Below, piece after piece: positions 19,052 to 28,984 of a stretch of 64,000 nucleotides of DNA. The position numbers were made by a program, and so were the translations under genes. Numbering within the stretch: the first letter of the stretch is position 1; each line of letters begins with the position of its first letter. The notes beneath the pieces were generated by a model. The model was given only the letters and a program-made list of their open reading frames with translations. It made no database searches and was not told where the DNA came from. Source of the stretch: Minisyncoccota bacterium (lineage in GTDB: Bacteria; Patescibacteriota; Minisyncoccia; UBA6257; 2-01-FULL-56-20); NCBI GenBank assembly GCA_036510525.1, contig DATCDU010000034.1:976-64975 (forward strand). Reading direction: 5' to 3'.

Positions 19052-19792
19052 CTAGCGGAGTGCGTACACCAAAATTTGATTCACCGCCGGATCAATGTTT
19101 GGCTCGTTCGGATAGATCACCGAGAAATTTTCCGTCGTGCCCGCCGCGACGGTGCCGAGTTGCGTCTCGGAGACGCCGACAGGATTTCCGTTTGCGTCTT
19201 TGAATATCACGAGGACATCGACCTGCTCATACGTGGCGACGGCCGTATTCACGAGCTGGCCACCAACAGAGACGGTCGTTGAAGCCATGCTCGCCTGTAC
19301 ATTCTGAAGGGCGAACTGACCCGGGCCGACCGCCGGGATGGTACCGATTGTTGAGCTCGTGAGCCACGAGACGCCGGTAACCACAAGCGCCGCATGATAG
19401 AATGGTTGCGCCACGGCCTGATTCAGTATTGCAAGATATTCGGTCTGCGAGGGATAGATGAATGACTGCGCCGGAATGGACTGGAGTACCGTCCCGGAGG
19501 TGTCATACAAATCGATCGCGTAATCCAATTCATACGCGCCATAATCGGCGGACTGATTCGTCACTTGTGCGAGGAATGTGTAACGGCCGGGACTCGTGAT
19601 GAAGGTCGTAAGCGCGCCCGGGACGATAAGCGCGGTGCTGGTCGGCACGCACGTTGACGGCGTGCAGACGGGTGGCGTGGAAGCGACGATTGACGGCGCT
19701 ACGAATACGAAATAAATACCGGCGCAGACGACGAGCACGGCCACAATATAGAGCGCACCATAGATAAGCTGCTTCGCGCGGCGGGTGGACAT
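19052..19792 (-). CDS. Hypothetical membrane-anchored protein, Ser/Thr/Val-rich
   Basis: 246 aa with an N-terminal TM helix, then an extracytoplasmic domain. Sits 3 nt upstream of the SEDS gene. Confidence 0.5.
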   Translation of the reverse strand: MSTRRAKQLIYGALYIVAVLVVCAGIYFVFVAPSIVASTPPVCTPSTCVPTSTALIVPGALTTFITSPGRYTFLAQVTNQSADYGAYELDYAIDLYDTSGTVLQSIPAQSFIYPSQTEYLAILNQAVAQPFYHAALVVTGVSWLTSSTIGTIPAVGPGQFALQNVQASMASTTVSVGGQLVNTAVATYEQVDVLVIFKDANGNPVGVSETQLGTVAAGTTENFSVIYPNEPNIDPAVNQILVYALR

Positions 19793-19815
19793 GCACTTAT
19801 TATAGATGATAATGA

Positions 19816-20352
19816 ATGGGCATGTACATCGCCGCTTTAGTGATAGAGATCGCGTTCGTCATCCTGGTTGTCGCGATCTTTGCATCCGTCTATCTTTCCC
19901 GTCGGAGCGGCGCGCCGTTCTATCCGACGCGGAAAAGCGTGATCCGCGAAGCGCTCAAGGAAGTTGGGCTCCAGCCCGGCGAGATGTTCTATGATCTCGG
20001 CGCAGGCACCGGCAAAGCGCTCCTCATTGCGGAAAAAGAGTTCGGTGCACACGCCACTGGCTTCGAGATATCGACGATCTTCTACCTCATCGGAAAGCTA
20101 AATCTTTTCATCCATGGTTCGCACGCCGCGCTCATCAAGAAGAATCTCTTCGATGCGGACCTCAATAACACCGACGTTGTTTTTTGCTTCCTCGCCATCC
20201 GCACGATGCAAAAGATGGAAGATAAAATAAAAACCGGCCTCAAGCTCGGCGCGCGTGTCATCGTCTACGCCTTTCCACTCCCAACAATAACACCAGTAAG
20301 AACGATCGTAATGCGCGGCCATTGGAAAATGTTTCTCTACCGAGTCGATTGA
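19816..20352 (+). CDS. Class I SAM-dependent methyltransferase with N-terminal TM helix
   Basis: 178 aa. The GxGxG motif FYDLGAGTGKALL is followed by an acidic residue, typical of a SAM-binding fold. Confidence 0.65.
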   Translation: MGMYIAALVIEIAFVILVVAIFASVYLSRRSGAPFYPTRKSVIREALKEVGLQPGEMFYDLGAGTGKALLIAEKEFGAHATGFEISTIFYLIGKLNLFIHGSHAALIKKNLFDADLNNTDVVFCFLAIRTMQKMEDKIKTGLKLGARVIVYAFPLPTITPVRTIVMRGHWKMFLYRVD

Positions 20353-20399
20353 CCCTCTATCGGAAAAGATGTTATATTTCCCGCGGAGGAATTTGGGAT

Positions 20400-20771
20400 A
20401 TGGTCAAATTTGATATGTCCACTTCCGAAGTTATCGGACGAGGGTATAACGTCGAAACCTTGAGCAACCACATCAGACGGTGCCTGGAAGGGTCTCCGAG
20501 AATGGTACTCACCCACTTCAGACCTGATGTCGGGCAAGATCGGTCGGTCCGGATCTTTGGGCAACGCCCTTTCGAGGACAGCGTTGGGTCGCCGGTGATA
20601 TTGAATCCGAAGGAAGTCGCACGACAGCTGATGCATTTTGCAGACATGGGCGCACGCTACCCCGCAAATCGCGATCTTTACGATGCAAAGGGATGGACCA
20701 TCCACAAAGCGATCGATGAAGACGGCAACGTTTTCATCGGAGCCTACGCGACATGGGTTCCCCAGAGATGA
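20400..20771 (+). CDS. Hypothetical protein
   Basis: ORF trimmed to the internal Met (MVKFDM…), which is preceded by a ggagg RBS at 20385-20389. The longer track ORF would overlap the methyltransferase. Confidence 0.4.
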   Translation: MVKFDMSTSEVIGRGYNVETLSNHIRRCLEGSPRMVLTHFRPDVGQDRSVRIFGQRPFEDSVGSPVILNPKEVARQLMHFADMGARYPANRDLYDAKGWTIHKAIDEDGNVFIGAYATWVPQR

Positions 20772-20825
20772 AAATGGCCGGCGCGCTCAATGCGCACCGG
20801 CCACCTTTTTTGTTAACGGCACTTT

Positions 20826-20942
20826 GATGTCGGCACATCCTACTTTCCCCGCCCGAAGGCAAGTATCATGGGATAGGGACGCTTTCACTTCTCTGTTCGG
20901 AATGGGAAGAGGTGGGACACGCCCGAATGAAGCACCGACATC
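20826..20942 (-). rRNA. rrf: 5S ribosomal RNA
   Basis: Minus-strand sequence GATGTCGGTGC...CCCACCTCTTCCCATTCCGAACAGAGAAGTGAAAGCGTCC...GCCGACATC. The conserved loop C motif CCGAAC-AGAAGTGAAAC and the closing helix I are both present. Confidence 0.8.
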
Positions 20943-20954
20943 AAAAAGCCGTTC

Positions 20955-21019
20955 GCATGTGGGTGGGTGTTCTAAAAAACTAGCAGATTAATAGTTTTTT
21001 AGAACACCCACCCACATGC
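20955..21019. repeat. Perfect 28-bp inverted repeat hairpin in the 23S-5S spacer
   Basis: gcatgtgggtgggtgttctaaaaaacta is exactly complementary to tagttttttagaacacccacccacatgc, with a 9-nt loop gcagattaa. Confidence 0.85.
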
Positions 21020-21304
21020 TCACTGCCTAGTGATTAATGGATTCTTTATTGTAGATAAAGAATGAGATCTGTGTTTGTGCTTTGGAGGGTATCGCGGAGC
21101 CGCGAAGGCGGCGAGCGTAAGTGCGCGTTCAGCAGAACGCGACACGTCCCTACAAAGTACAAACACAGATCGAATGCAAGTCAGCATTGGGATGGTTGGC
21201 GTGGATTATTAGTACGTCTTGGCTAAAAACATTGCTATTCTTACACCGAACGCCTATCAACGTCATAGTCTATGACGAAATCACGCATACCTAATCTTGG
21301 GGTG

Positions 21305-21337
<33 letters not shown>

Positions 21338-21456
21338 CTTCCATACATAGCTACCCGGCAATTCACTTGGTAGCAAAGCCGGTAGACCAGAGGTATGTTC
21401 AGCCCAGTCCTCTCGTACTAAGGCCAACTCCCCTCAAGTATGTAACGCCTGCAGCA

Positions 21457-21488
<32 letters not shown>

Positions 21489-22401
21489 CAATTGTACCTC
21501 TTATTACTAAGAGCATTAGACTATACCTTTTCCAGGATTCCACCCTGGAACTGACGTTTTAATGCAGAGATAAGCGTCTCATCCTTGCATTCCGATCGTT
21601 TTACCGATCAAGTCGTTACGGGGACTGTCAATCTTATAGATCATCGAAGGGATGATGTAAGGCTGGATGATCGCTTTGAATTTTTCATAGTCATTTCGAC
21701 CGATATGGATCTTTTGTTTGGAACGATCTTTTATGATCGTTGCCGAAACATCATACCGCTCTTTCAAGAATGTTCGGATCATATACTGCTCCGATTCTCG
21801 AAAACTATGCGTGCTGAGCGTAAAGCTCTGCACAGTATTCGCACCGTCATCCATAAACCAAATTGCCATCATCTTTGGAGTGAACAGATCAAAAACTTCT
21901 TCTGGCAATATCTTCACGCTGTTTTTATAAAAACAAGCATGAATCATGCCGAATTCCTCCAAGCTTTTGGTGTGAAAATACCATGAAACTTCATGAATAT
22001 TCCTTTTGGGATTCGTCCATGAGATTTCCCTTGGCCTTTTTGAAACCAAATTCTGAAGAACTTTGTATTTCCAGAAAACATATTCTTTCTGTTTTTCTCC
22101 GTGATGCACTCTAAAACGAGCGGTAACCGGACTACAAAGTCCGATCGACCGACATTCTAAACGCGCATCTCCTAACAATGACCCAATGATCACATCCAAT
22201 TGATGTGATGGAAAAGAAGATTGGAGTCTTCCCACGATATTGACCATCTGAAAATAATAAATGATCTACATTAAATCTTTATTAAATTTGATTAGGCCTC
22301 TACCGTTATGAGTCAGTTTACTGTTCCATTTATGTTGTTTTCTTGGTTTTTCAACCAAGCCTCGAGTAATGAATTACTGGGCTCATTTGAAGTATTCACT
22401 T
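21489..22401 (-). mobile_element. Group I intron in 23S domain V (peptidyl-transferase-centre region, about E. coli position 2585) carrying a LAGLIDADG ORF
   Basis: The exon sequence GCGTGAGCTGGGT ends at 22402 and resumes with UCAGACCGUCGUGAGACAG at 21488. The ~913 nt in between contains the LAGLIDADG ORF and an S-like element (AAGGTATAGTCTAA) near its 3' end. Confidence 0.65.
21579..22247 (-). CDS. LAGLIDADG homing endonuclease (intron-encoded)
   Basis: 222 aa with the motifs VIIGSLLGDARLE and MAIWFMDDGANT. It lies entirely inside the 23S intron. Confidence 0.8.
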   Translation of the reverse strand: MVNIVGRLQSSFPSHQLDVIIGSLLGDARLECRSIGLCSPVTARFRVHHGEKQKEYVFWKYKVLQNLVSKRPREISWTNPKRNIHEVSWYFHTKSLEEFGMIHACFYKNSVKILPEEVFDLFTPKMMAIWFMDDGANTVQSFTLSTHSFRESEQYMIRTFLKERYDVSATIIKDRSKQKIHIGRNDYEKFKAIIQPYIIPSMIYKIDSPRNDLIGKTIGMQG

Positions 22402-23065
22402 ACCCAGCTCACGTGCCACTTTAATTGGCGAACAGCCAAACGCTTGGGAGCTTCTACACCCCCGCGCTGTGGCGAGCCGACATCGAGGTGCCGAGCATTG
22501 TCGTCGCTAGGGACGCTCGGACAATACTAGCCTGTTATCCCCGGAGTAGCTTTTATCCGGTGTCTCCGGCCTTTCTATGAAGGGCCGTCGGGTCACTAAC
22601 TTCTGCTTTCGCACCTGCTCGTCTTGTATGACTCGCAGTCAAGCCAGCTTTTGCGTTTGCACGTCCTGCCCGATTTCCATCCGGGCTAAGCTGACCTTAA
22701 TAAACTCCTCCGTTACTCTTTTGGAGGAAAACGCCCCATTTAAACTGCCTACCAAGCACTGTCTTAGTGTAGTTTCCCCGAAGGGTTCTCCACCAGTTAG
22801 ACGTTAAAGTTTTAAAAATGGCTGTTTCATTGTCGGATCCACGTCACCCAAAAGCGACGCTTCAAATCCTCACCACTACGCTACGTAGTAAAACTCTAAA
22901 ATCAATGCCAAGCTGCAGTAAAGCTTCCGGGGTCTTTTCGTCCCGCTGCAGGTATCCCGCGTCTTCACGGGAATCGCATTTTCACCGAGCTCATCGTTGA
23001 GACAGTTCTCCGGTCGTTACACCTTTCGTGCGCTTCGGAACTTACCCGAAAAGGAATTGCGCTCA

Positions 23066-24320
23066 AACATGTTACAACACTTTTTGTTGGCCAAAACATT
23101 TCTGCTTGACTCTCTATGTCGCCATAGAGTTCGGACTATATCTTATTCAACTGATCGTTGAATTTCGGCATATAGTCTCTGAGGATTTTCGCTTGCGCGA
23201 ATCTTTCCTGCTGATTGACCGCACCGAACGCATTGTCACTCTTTCGAGTAGCGTCGGATACTGACGGTTATTCCAGCATTTAGCCGAATTTTACTAAGGC
23301 AATGCATTCCGCTCAACCTTAGAACGATTTACTCTGTTATTCTGCTCCGTTTCTAGAGCAACTCTGCATGTCGCCATGCAGTTCGGACTATATCATCTCT
23401 AAATCGCTTTAGAGTCTGGCGTATAGTCTCTGAGGATTTTATTAGATCTTGAACTTGTCCCGAGCAGTATCGAGAATATATTCAATCGAATGTATTCTAA
23501 ATCTTCCTTCGGCATTCATTGAATGAGCCAAGCGGACAATCCGCTCAAATCCTTCTCTGTTGCGATGCAATCCTTCATCCATCATATAAACAATAATGGC
23601 GAACTTCCGAAATGCATCTGCTTTTGTTGCCAACGGATACTGTTCGAAAAAAGGAATAATCTTTTGAATCAGATTATCTCTCCCCTCGACAGTAAGTGAT
23701 AAAACATCACTTCCAGATTTCTTATCGATCCTTCCCGCTCCTAATACTTCACGAAAAAGTTCCAGTAGGTCATGATGGTTTTTGTGCTGATAAATTTGAA
23801 ATTTAGCCAACACAATCCAACCTGATCGTAATGTCGGATGTTTTGCAAACGACACATTGAAACTTCCTTCGCCATCCACAAAACCTGCAAGAAAATATTT
23901 CATGGATTCTTCATCCAATTTTTTCAATTCTTGGTAAGAATTTGCAGCTGGCAAATCTAATAATCTTTCCTGCTGATTATCTGCACCGATCATATTTTCA
24001 CGCTAACACATCAACATTAAATCTTTATTAAAAGATTTTTGATGAGAAAAGCGTAATGTCGGATACTCAGGGTTTCCAGCATTTGGCCAGATTTTATAAC
24101 TACAATCGTTATGTCTATAGTTATCGCTGACATTGACGAGGGCTTGAATCAGTGAGCAGTGTATTGCTACACCACCCCCAATCTTGACCTTCTCGCATCG
24201 GTCAGGTGTCACCCCCTATACATCCTCTTGCGAGTTAGCAGGGAGCTGTGTTTTTGGTAAACAGTCGCCAGAGATTCTTTAGCTGCGGCCCTCTTGCGAG
24301 GGCAGGCCTTATTGCTAACT
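23066..24320 (-). mobile_element. Group I intron region in the 23S helix 69-71 area (E. coli ~1915-1931), probably two adjacent introns or a twintron; one carries a LAGLIDADG ORF
   Basis: The exon GCGGCCGTAA ends near 24320 and the exon GAGCGCAATTCCTTTTCGGGTAAGTTCCG resumes near 23064. The interval holds two copies of the group I catalytic core (an R-like CAGAGACTATA and an S-like AAGATATAGTCC) at 23100-23190 and 23355-23440 on the minus strand. Confidence 0.6.
23442..23993 (-). CDS. LAGLIDADG homing endonuclease (intron-encoded)
   Basis: 183 aa with the motif YFLAGFVDGEGSF. It lies immediately 5' (in the minus orientation) of the intron core. Confidence 0.8.
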   Translation of the reverse strand: MIGADNQQERLLDLPAANSYQELKKLDEESMKYFLAGFVDGEGSFNVSFAKHPTLRSGWIVLAKFQIYQHKNHHDLLELFREVLGAGRIDKKSGSDVLSLTVEGRDNLIQKIIPFFEQYPLATKADAFRKFAIIVYMMDEGLHRNREGFERIVRLAHSMNAEGRFRIHSIEYILDTARDKFKI

Positions 24321-25536
24321 TACGGCCGCTATTTTGCCTAGTTCCTTAACGATGAATCACTCGTTCCCCTTGGGCTACTCGCCCTATCCACCAGTGTCGG
24401 TTTACGGTACGGAGACCATACGCTCGATTTGGCCAGATTTTTCTCGAAAGGCACTTCACAGATGTCGGCTAAGTAAATTCTTAACCTTCTCTCGGTACAC
24501 GCTTGCGCTTAATACAAAGAATGCCAAACCAATAAGGCACATCTGCTTATCTCCTTTGTCCTCTGGTTATGATCGTACGGTCGGGCTGGAATATTAACCA
24601 GCTTCCCATCGACTGCCCCTTTCGGGATTGCCTTAGGACCGCCTCACCCGTGGTTGATTGCCAGTGCCACGGAAACCTTGGATTTTCGGGGTTCCAATTT
24701 CTCATTGGGATTGTGGTTACTCATTCCAACATTTTCTCTTCCGGCCGCTCCAGTCACCCTCGCGGGTTGACCTTCACTGCAGGCCGAAATGCTCTCCTAC
24801 CACGTACACCTCCCGAAGGAAGTGTACATCCGTATCTTCGGTACCATGCTTAGCCCCGGTACATTTTCGGCGCCACGACCCGTCGAATAGTGAGTTGTTA
24901 CACACTCTTTAAAGGATGGCTACCTCTAAGCCAACCTCCTATCTGTCTATGGGTTATGACTACCTTTCACACTTAGCATGGATTTAGGGACCTTAGATGA
25001 CGATCTGGGCTCTTCCCCTCGCGACCACGGAGCTTAGCCCCCGCAGTCTAACTAGCAAGATCTTGACTCTCGGTATTCGGAGTTTGATTGATCGTTCGGT
25101 CTTTCGACCTGTAACGATCATCCAGTGCTCTACCCCCAAGAGGAACTCTTGCCGCCAGTCCTAAAACTGTTTCGGAGAGAACCAGCTATTACGTTATTCG
25201 ATTAGCTTTTCACTCCTTACCTCAGCTCATCCGAAGATTTTGAACAATCAACCGGTTCGGGCCTCCCTCCCGATTTCTCGGGAGTTCACCCTGGCCAAGG
25301 CAAGCTCATAACGCTTCGGGTCTATCTTCTGCTGCATATAGTTCGCCCTATTCAGACTCGCTTTCGCTATGCCTTCACGCTATGCGCGCTTAGACTGCAA
25401 CAAAAAATAAGTCGTTGGATCATTCTTCAATAGGCACACTGTTACACTCGTCCGCGGATTGCTCCGCAGCCGTTCGTGCTTCAGTTCCTTGTAGGCAAAC
25501 GGTTTCAGGTTCTATTTCAACGGCCTCACCGGCCTG

Positions 25537-25573
<37 letters not shown>

Positions 25574-26886
25574 ATCTAGAAAAGTATTTAGCCTTACCTG
25601 ATAGTACAGGTGTATTCCTCCGGAACTGTTTTACTCCGAAGTACTCGAGTTAAAAAACTAAGGAGACCAATTGTTTTCGTCTAGGGGGCTATCACCCGCT
25701 CTGGCGCCGCTTTCCAGACGGCTTTGACTAACAAAAGATTTTTTTACTCCTTCACGAATAGCAAATAACGAAACGCACTGTTTGAAGAGCGCGCTACGTT
25801 ATTTACTAAACAGCGTCTTTAGACTATACCCCAAGGTTGCAAAATAAATCACAACCTTAGTTTGGGCTGTTCCCTGTTCTCTCGCCGATACTTGGGGAAT
25901 AACTGATTTGTTCTTTTTTCCTCCGCTTACTGGAATGTTTTACTTCAGCGGGTACGCGAATCGATTGCTCGAAACAATTGAGGATTACTCAATTAGGTTT
26001 CCCCATTCGGACACCCCCGGATCATAGATTGCTACGCATCTCCCCGAGGCATTTCGTTGCTACGCCACGTCCTTCATCGCCTTTTCTAGTCTAGGCATCC
26101 ACCGTTCGCCCTTATTTGCCAACCATCCCAATGCTGACTTGCTCGTGATGTGCACGGCTTTGAAGTCGTTAAATAAGAATTGACGACCTAAAAGTCATGC
26201 AGCCCACTCGCCATCGTTGATAAAAAAAATCAACGACAACGTTTGACCCTGTCCGTCACGAGAAATTGACTACATATGCGTATGCAGCGATCCGGCCCGC
26301 CCGCGATGCGGACGTTAGCGACCAGACCTAATAGTGACACAGGGTCTCCATATTATGTCCTCCGACTCTACAATTCGGAGTTCCGCCAAATCGGCGAATG
26401 ATTTGAAATAGCACTGCACGGTATCGCGAGACGCCGTAGGATATCAAACGCCAAGAAAAAAATCAGCCGCACACAGCGGCCGCTGACTGCTTCAAAGAAG
26501 CGGCTTCAGCCGGAGTGTTTTGAGAGGATTAAAGTCTTTGCCATTCGTATCTTAGGGATAAGTATACTCAGCTTGAAAAGGGTGTCAAGAGGCATACCTG
26601 CGCGCTCGGCACCAACGCTGAATCCCATGAATAATTTCATTTTTTAGACCATTATGGCATCATTAACCTAGGCGAATTACCCAGGGGAGGTCCCTGTGCA
26701 TTTTTCCATCATTGAAGATCTTTTAGTAACTGCAACTGCGGCGGTCGTCCTGCTCGTAGTTGCATGTGTCCGCTCAGAATCATCGAAAAAATAACGGGCG
26801 AATAGACAGAAGTGTTCTCTAGCCGCCAAGCCGCCGGGCTTCCCAATGGGAAGACCGGCATTTTTTATCGGCTCTCTCGTCCGGAG

Positions 26887-26950
26887 AAAATAAAACACCC
26901 TCCTCGCCGAACGGTCATCTGCTTGGAGGCGAGGAGAGTGTTTTATTTTT
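26887..26950. terminator. Long GC-rich terminator hairpin downstream of tRNA-Pro (minus orientation), with flanking T/A tracts on both strands
   Basis: aaaacaccctcctcgcc...ggcgaggagagtgtttt forms a 17-bp stem with one mismatch, followed by ttttattttt. Confidence 0.6.
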
Positions 26951-26951
26951 G

Positions 26952-27022
26952 TCGGGCCGCCGGGAATCGAACCCGGTCTTTACGAACCCGAATCGCACGT
27001 ACTACCGGTATACTACGGCCCG
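26952..27022 (-). tRNA. tRNA-Pro (anticodon CGG); CCA not encoded
   Basis: Minus strand: CGGGCCG-UA-GUAU-ACCGGUA-GUAC-G-UGCGA-UUCGGGU-UCGUA-AAGAC-CGGG-UUCGAUU-CCCGG-CGGCCCG. This is a canonical cloverleaf with the T-loop GTTCGATTCC. Confidence 0.8.
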
Positions 27023-27066
27023 TAGAATACCAAGGTATTTAACCGCGTTTGGGAAAATAATTCAAC

Positions 27067-27498
27067 TTACTTACTGCCCGTTGTTCCGAATCCCCCGCGA
27101 GTTTTGTTGGGCATGTCATCCAGCTCCTCCCATTCCGGATGCGATATTTTCACAAAAGTGCCCTGCGCGATCCGCTCGCCTTTTTCTATTGCCACCGGCG
27201 CGGCGCTGAAATTATAATAGGCCACCCTGATCTCGTCCTCGTCGCCCGAATAGTCCGGATCAATGATGCCCATGCCGTTCGCCATCATGATCCCTTTTTT
27301 ATGGGTACTGCTCCGCGCGGCGATGAGGAGAAAATGATCCGCCGGCGTCTCGACGGCCACATTCAACGGAACATAGCCGACGGTGTCCGGCGCGATCATC
27401 ACCGCCTCGCGCGCGGTCAGGTCGAACGCCGCCGCGCCCTCGGTCTGCCGCTTGGGCAGCGGCAGGTCTTTATCGAATCGTTTTATTTTGATGTTCAT
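27067..27498 (-). CDS. dut: dUTP diphosphatase
   Basis: 143 aa with the dUTPase motifs (ARSSTHKKGIMMANGMGIIDPDYSGDEDEIRV, RIAQGTFVKI). Confidence 0.9.
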   Translation of the reverse strand: MNIKIKRFDKDLPLPKRQTEGAAAFDLTAREAVMIAPDTVGYVPLNVAVETPADHFLLIAARSSTHKKGIMMANGMGIIDPDYSGDEDEIRVAYYNFSAAPVAIEKGERIAQGTFVKISHPEWEELDDMPNKTRGGFGTTGSK

Positions 27499-28949
27499 TG
27501 TATGTGGTGCTTTTCCTTTATATCGTTATCCATCTCTTCTTCCGCCTCGCGCTTCTTCTTTTGTGCTTGCGCGAATAATTCCTGGAGTTCCCCATCGCTC
27601 TCCTGGTTCAACTCCTTCGCGCGCTTCTCCAGATATTTCTTGTCGTTCTTTTCAGGGTCGTCGATCACCTCTTCCATAAGCGCGTTCAGGATCCATCCCA
27701 CGCGGCGCGATTGCGGGAGGTCGAGGAGTGGCATCAGGTCGTCGCCACGCAGCGCGAGCATCTTCGGCGAAAGCGGATCGCGCTTGACCTTCTCTATCAT
27801 AAAGAGCAAATGGCGCAGGCGATACGGCATCGCCTTCTTAACGCCACTGCCGATGCGATCGGCCTCGCGCACTTTCAAAAGGTCGTCAATATTCTCCGGG
27901 CCCACACGCACCACGAGCCGCCGCACGCCCGCAGGCGAGATCACGCCGGTATCGTAATAGAACATGTGCCTGCGCACGAGATGCGCCACCTGTTCCACAA
28001 AATCTTTCGAGAATCGCAGGCGGTCGAGCATCTTCACCACCATACGCGCGCCAACATATTCGTGTTGATAGAAGGTGGAATTCGCACCGTCACCGCCTTT
28101 CACTTTAGGCTTGCCAACATCGTGGAGCAACGCGGCCATGCGTACGGGCAATGAATAATTTTCTCCTGCGGTGTAATCAAGCGCACGGACGTTGTGCTCA
28201 AAAACGGTATAGATGTGATGCTTGTTCTGCCCAACACCGATCCCGTCGCGCAACTCCGGTAGCACGTAGCGAAGCAGGTCGAGCTCTTCTAATAGGATGA
28301 TCCCCTTCGCGGCATTCGGGGTCATCAAAATCTTCACGAGTTCGTCGCGCACGCGCTCCTTAGCGATCGCCTCCAAGCCACCGGCCAGTTTTACGATCGC
28401 ACGCCGCGTGTTCATCTCGATCTCAAAATCCAGCTCTACGGAAAATCGCACGGCGCGCATCAAGCGCAGGGCATCCTCGGAGAACCGCTCCTCCGGCACG
28501 CCGACCGTGCGGATCACCCGATCCTTAATATCGCGCTCGCCACCGAACGGATCGATCACGTCACCCTTCATGTCCATCGCGAGCGCGTTCACGGTAAAGT
28601 CACGGCGCGAAAGGTCGTCCTCTATATTCTCTGCGAACTTGACCTCATCCGGGTGCCGCTTGTCGGTGTATCGCCCTTCGATGCGGTACGTCGTCACTTC
28701 TATTATTTTCAGGCGCGGGTCTTCGGATTCCGTCTTGATACCGACCGTGCCAAAATCATTCTCGTAGACGCTCTCGGGAAAAAGTTTTTGGACCTGCGCC
28801 GGCTGGGCGTCGGTGGCGACATCCCAATCCTTGGGCTCGCGACCGAGCAGCATATCGCGCACGCAGCCGCCCACGAGATATGCCTCAAACCCCGCCTCGG
28901 CGAGGGCATACGACACCGCAACAACCTCTTTCGGAACGTCGATCTTCAC
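27495..28949 (-). CDS. cca: CCA-adding tRNA nucleotidyltransferase with HD domain
   Basis: 484 aa. The N-terminus has the class II nucleotidyltransferase head (LVGGCVRDMLLGREPKDWDVATDA) and the C-terminus has an HD domain (AALLHDVGKP). Confidence 0.85.
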   Translation of the reverse strand: MKIDVPKEVVAVSYALAEAGFEAYLVGGCVRDMLLGREPKDWDVATDAQPAQVQKLFPESVYENDFGTVGIKTESEDPRLKIIEVTTYRIEGRYTDKRHPDEVKFAENIEDDLSRRDFTVNALAMDMKGDVIDPFGGERDIKDRVIRTVGVPEERFSEDALRLMRAVRFSVELDFEIEMNTRRAIVKLAGGLEAIAKERVRDELVKILMTPNAAKGIILLEELDLLRYVLPELRDGIGVGQNKHHIYTVFEHNVRALDYTAGENYSLPVRMAALLHDVGKPKVKGGDGANSTFYQHEYVGARMVVKMLDRLRFSKDFVEQVAHLVRRHMFYYDTGVISPAGVRRLVVRVGPENIDDLLKVREADRIGSGVKKAMPYRLRHLLFMIEKVKRDPLSPKMLALRGDDLMPLLDLPQSRRVGWILNALMEEVIDDPEKNDKKYLEKRAKELNQESDGELQELFAQAQKKKREAEEEMDNDIKEKHHIQ

Positions 28950-28984
28950 TTATATATATTGTATACGTAATCTCCCCCGGCTGC

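Noticed and set aside
24334-24912. Short ORFs (84-94 aa) within the 23S rRNA exons
   Set aside because: They lie inside confidently identified rRNA sequence and are not coding.
26130-26890. 16S rRNA or an additional gene upstream of the 23S
   Set aside because: There are no 16S-conserved motifs (for example GTGCCAGCAGCCGCGGTAA or the anti-SD end) and no credible ORF. The only ORF, a 73-aa one, is low-complexity. The region is interpreted as the rRNA promoter/leader.
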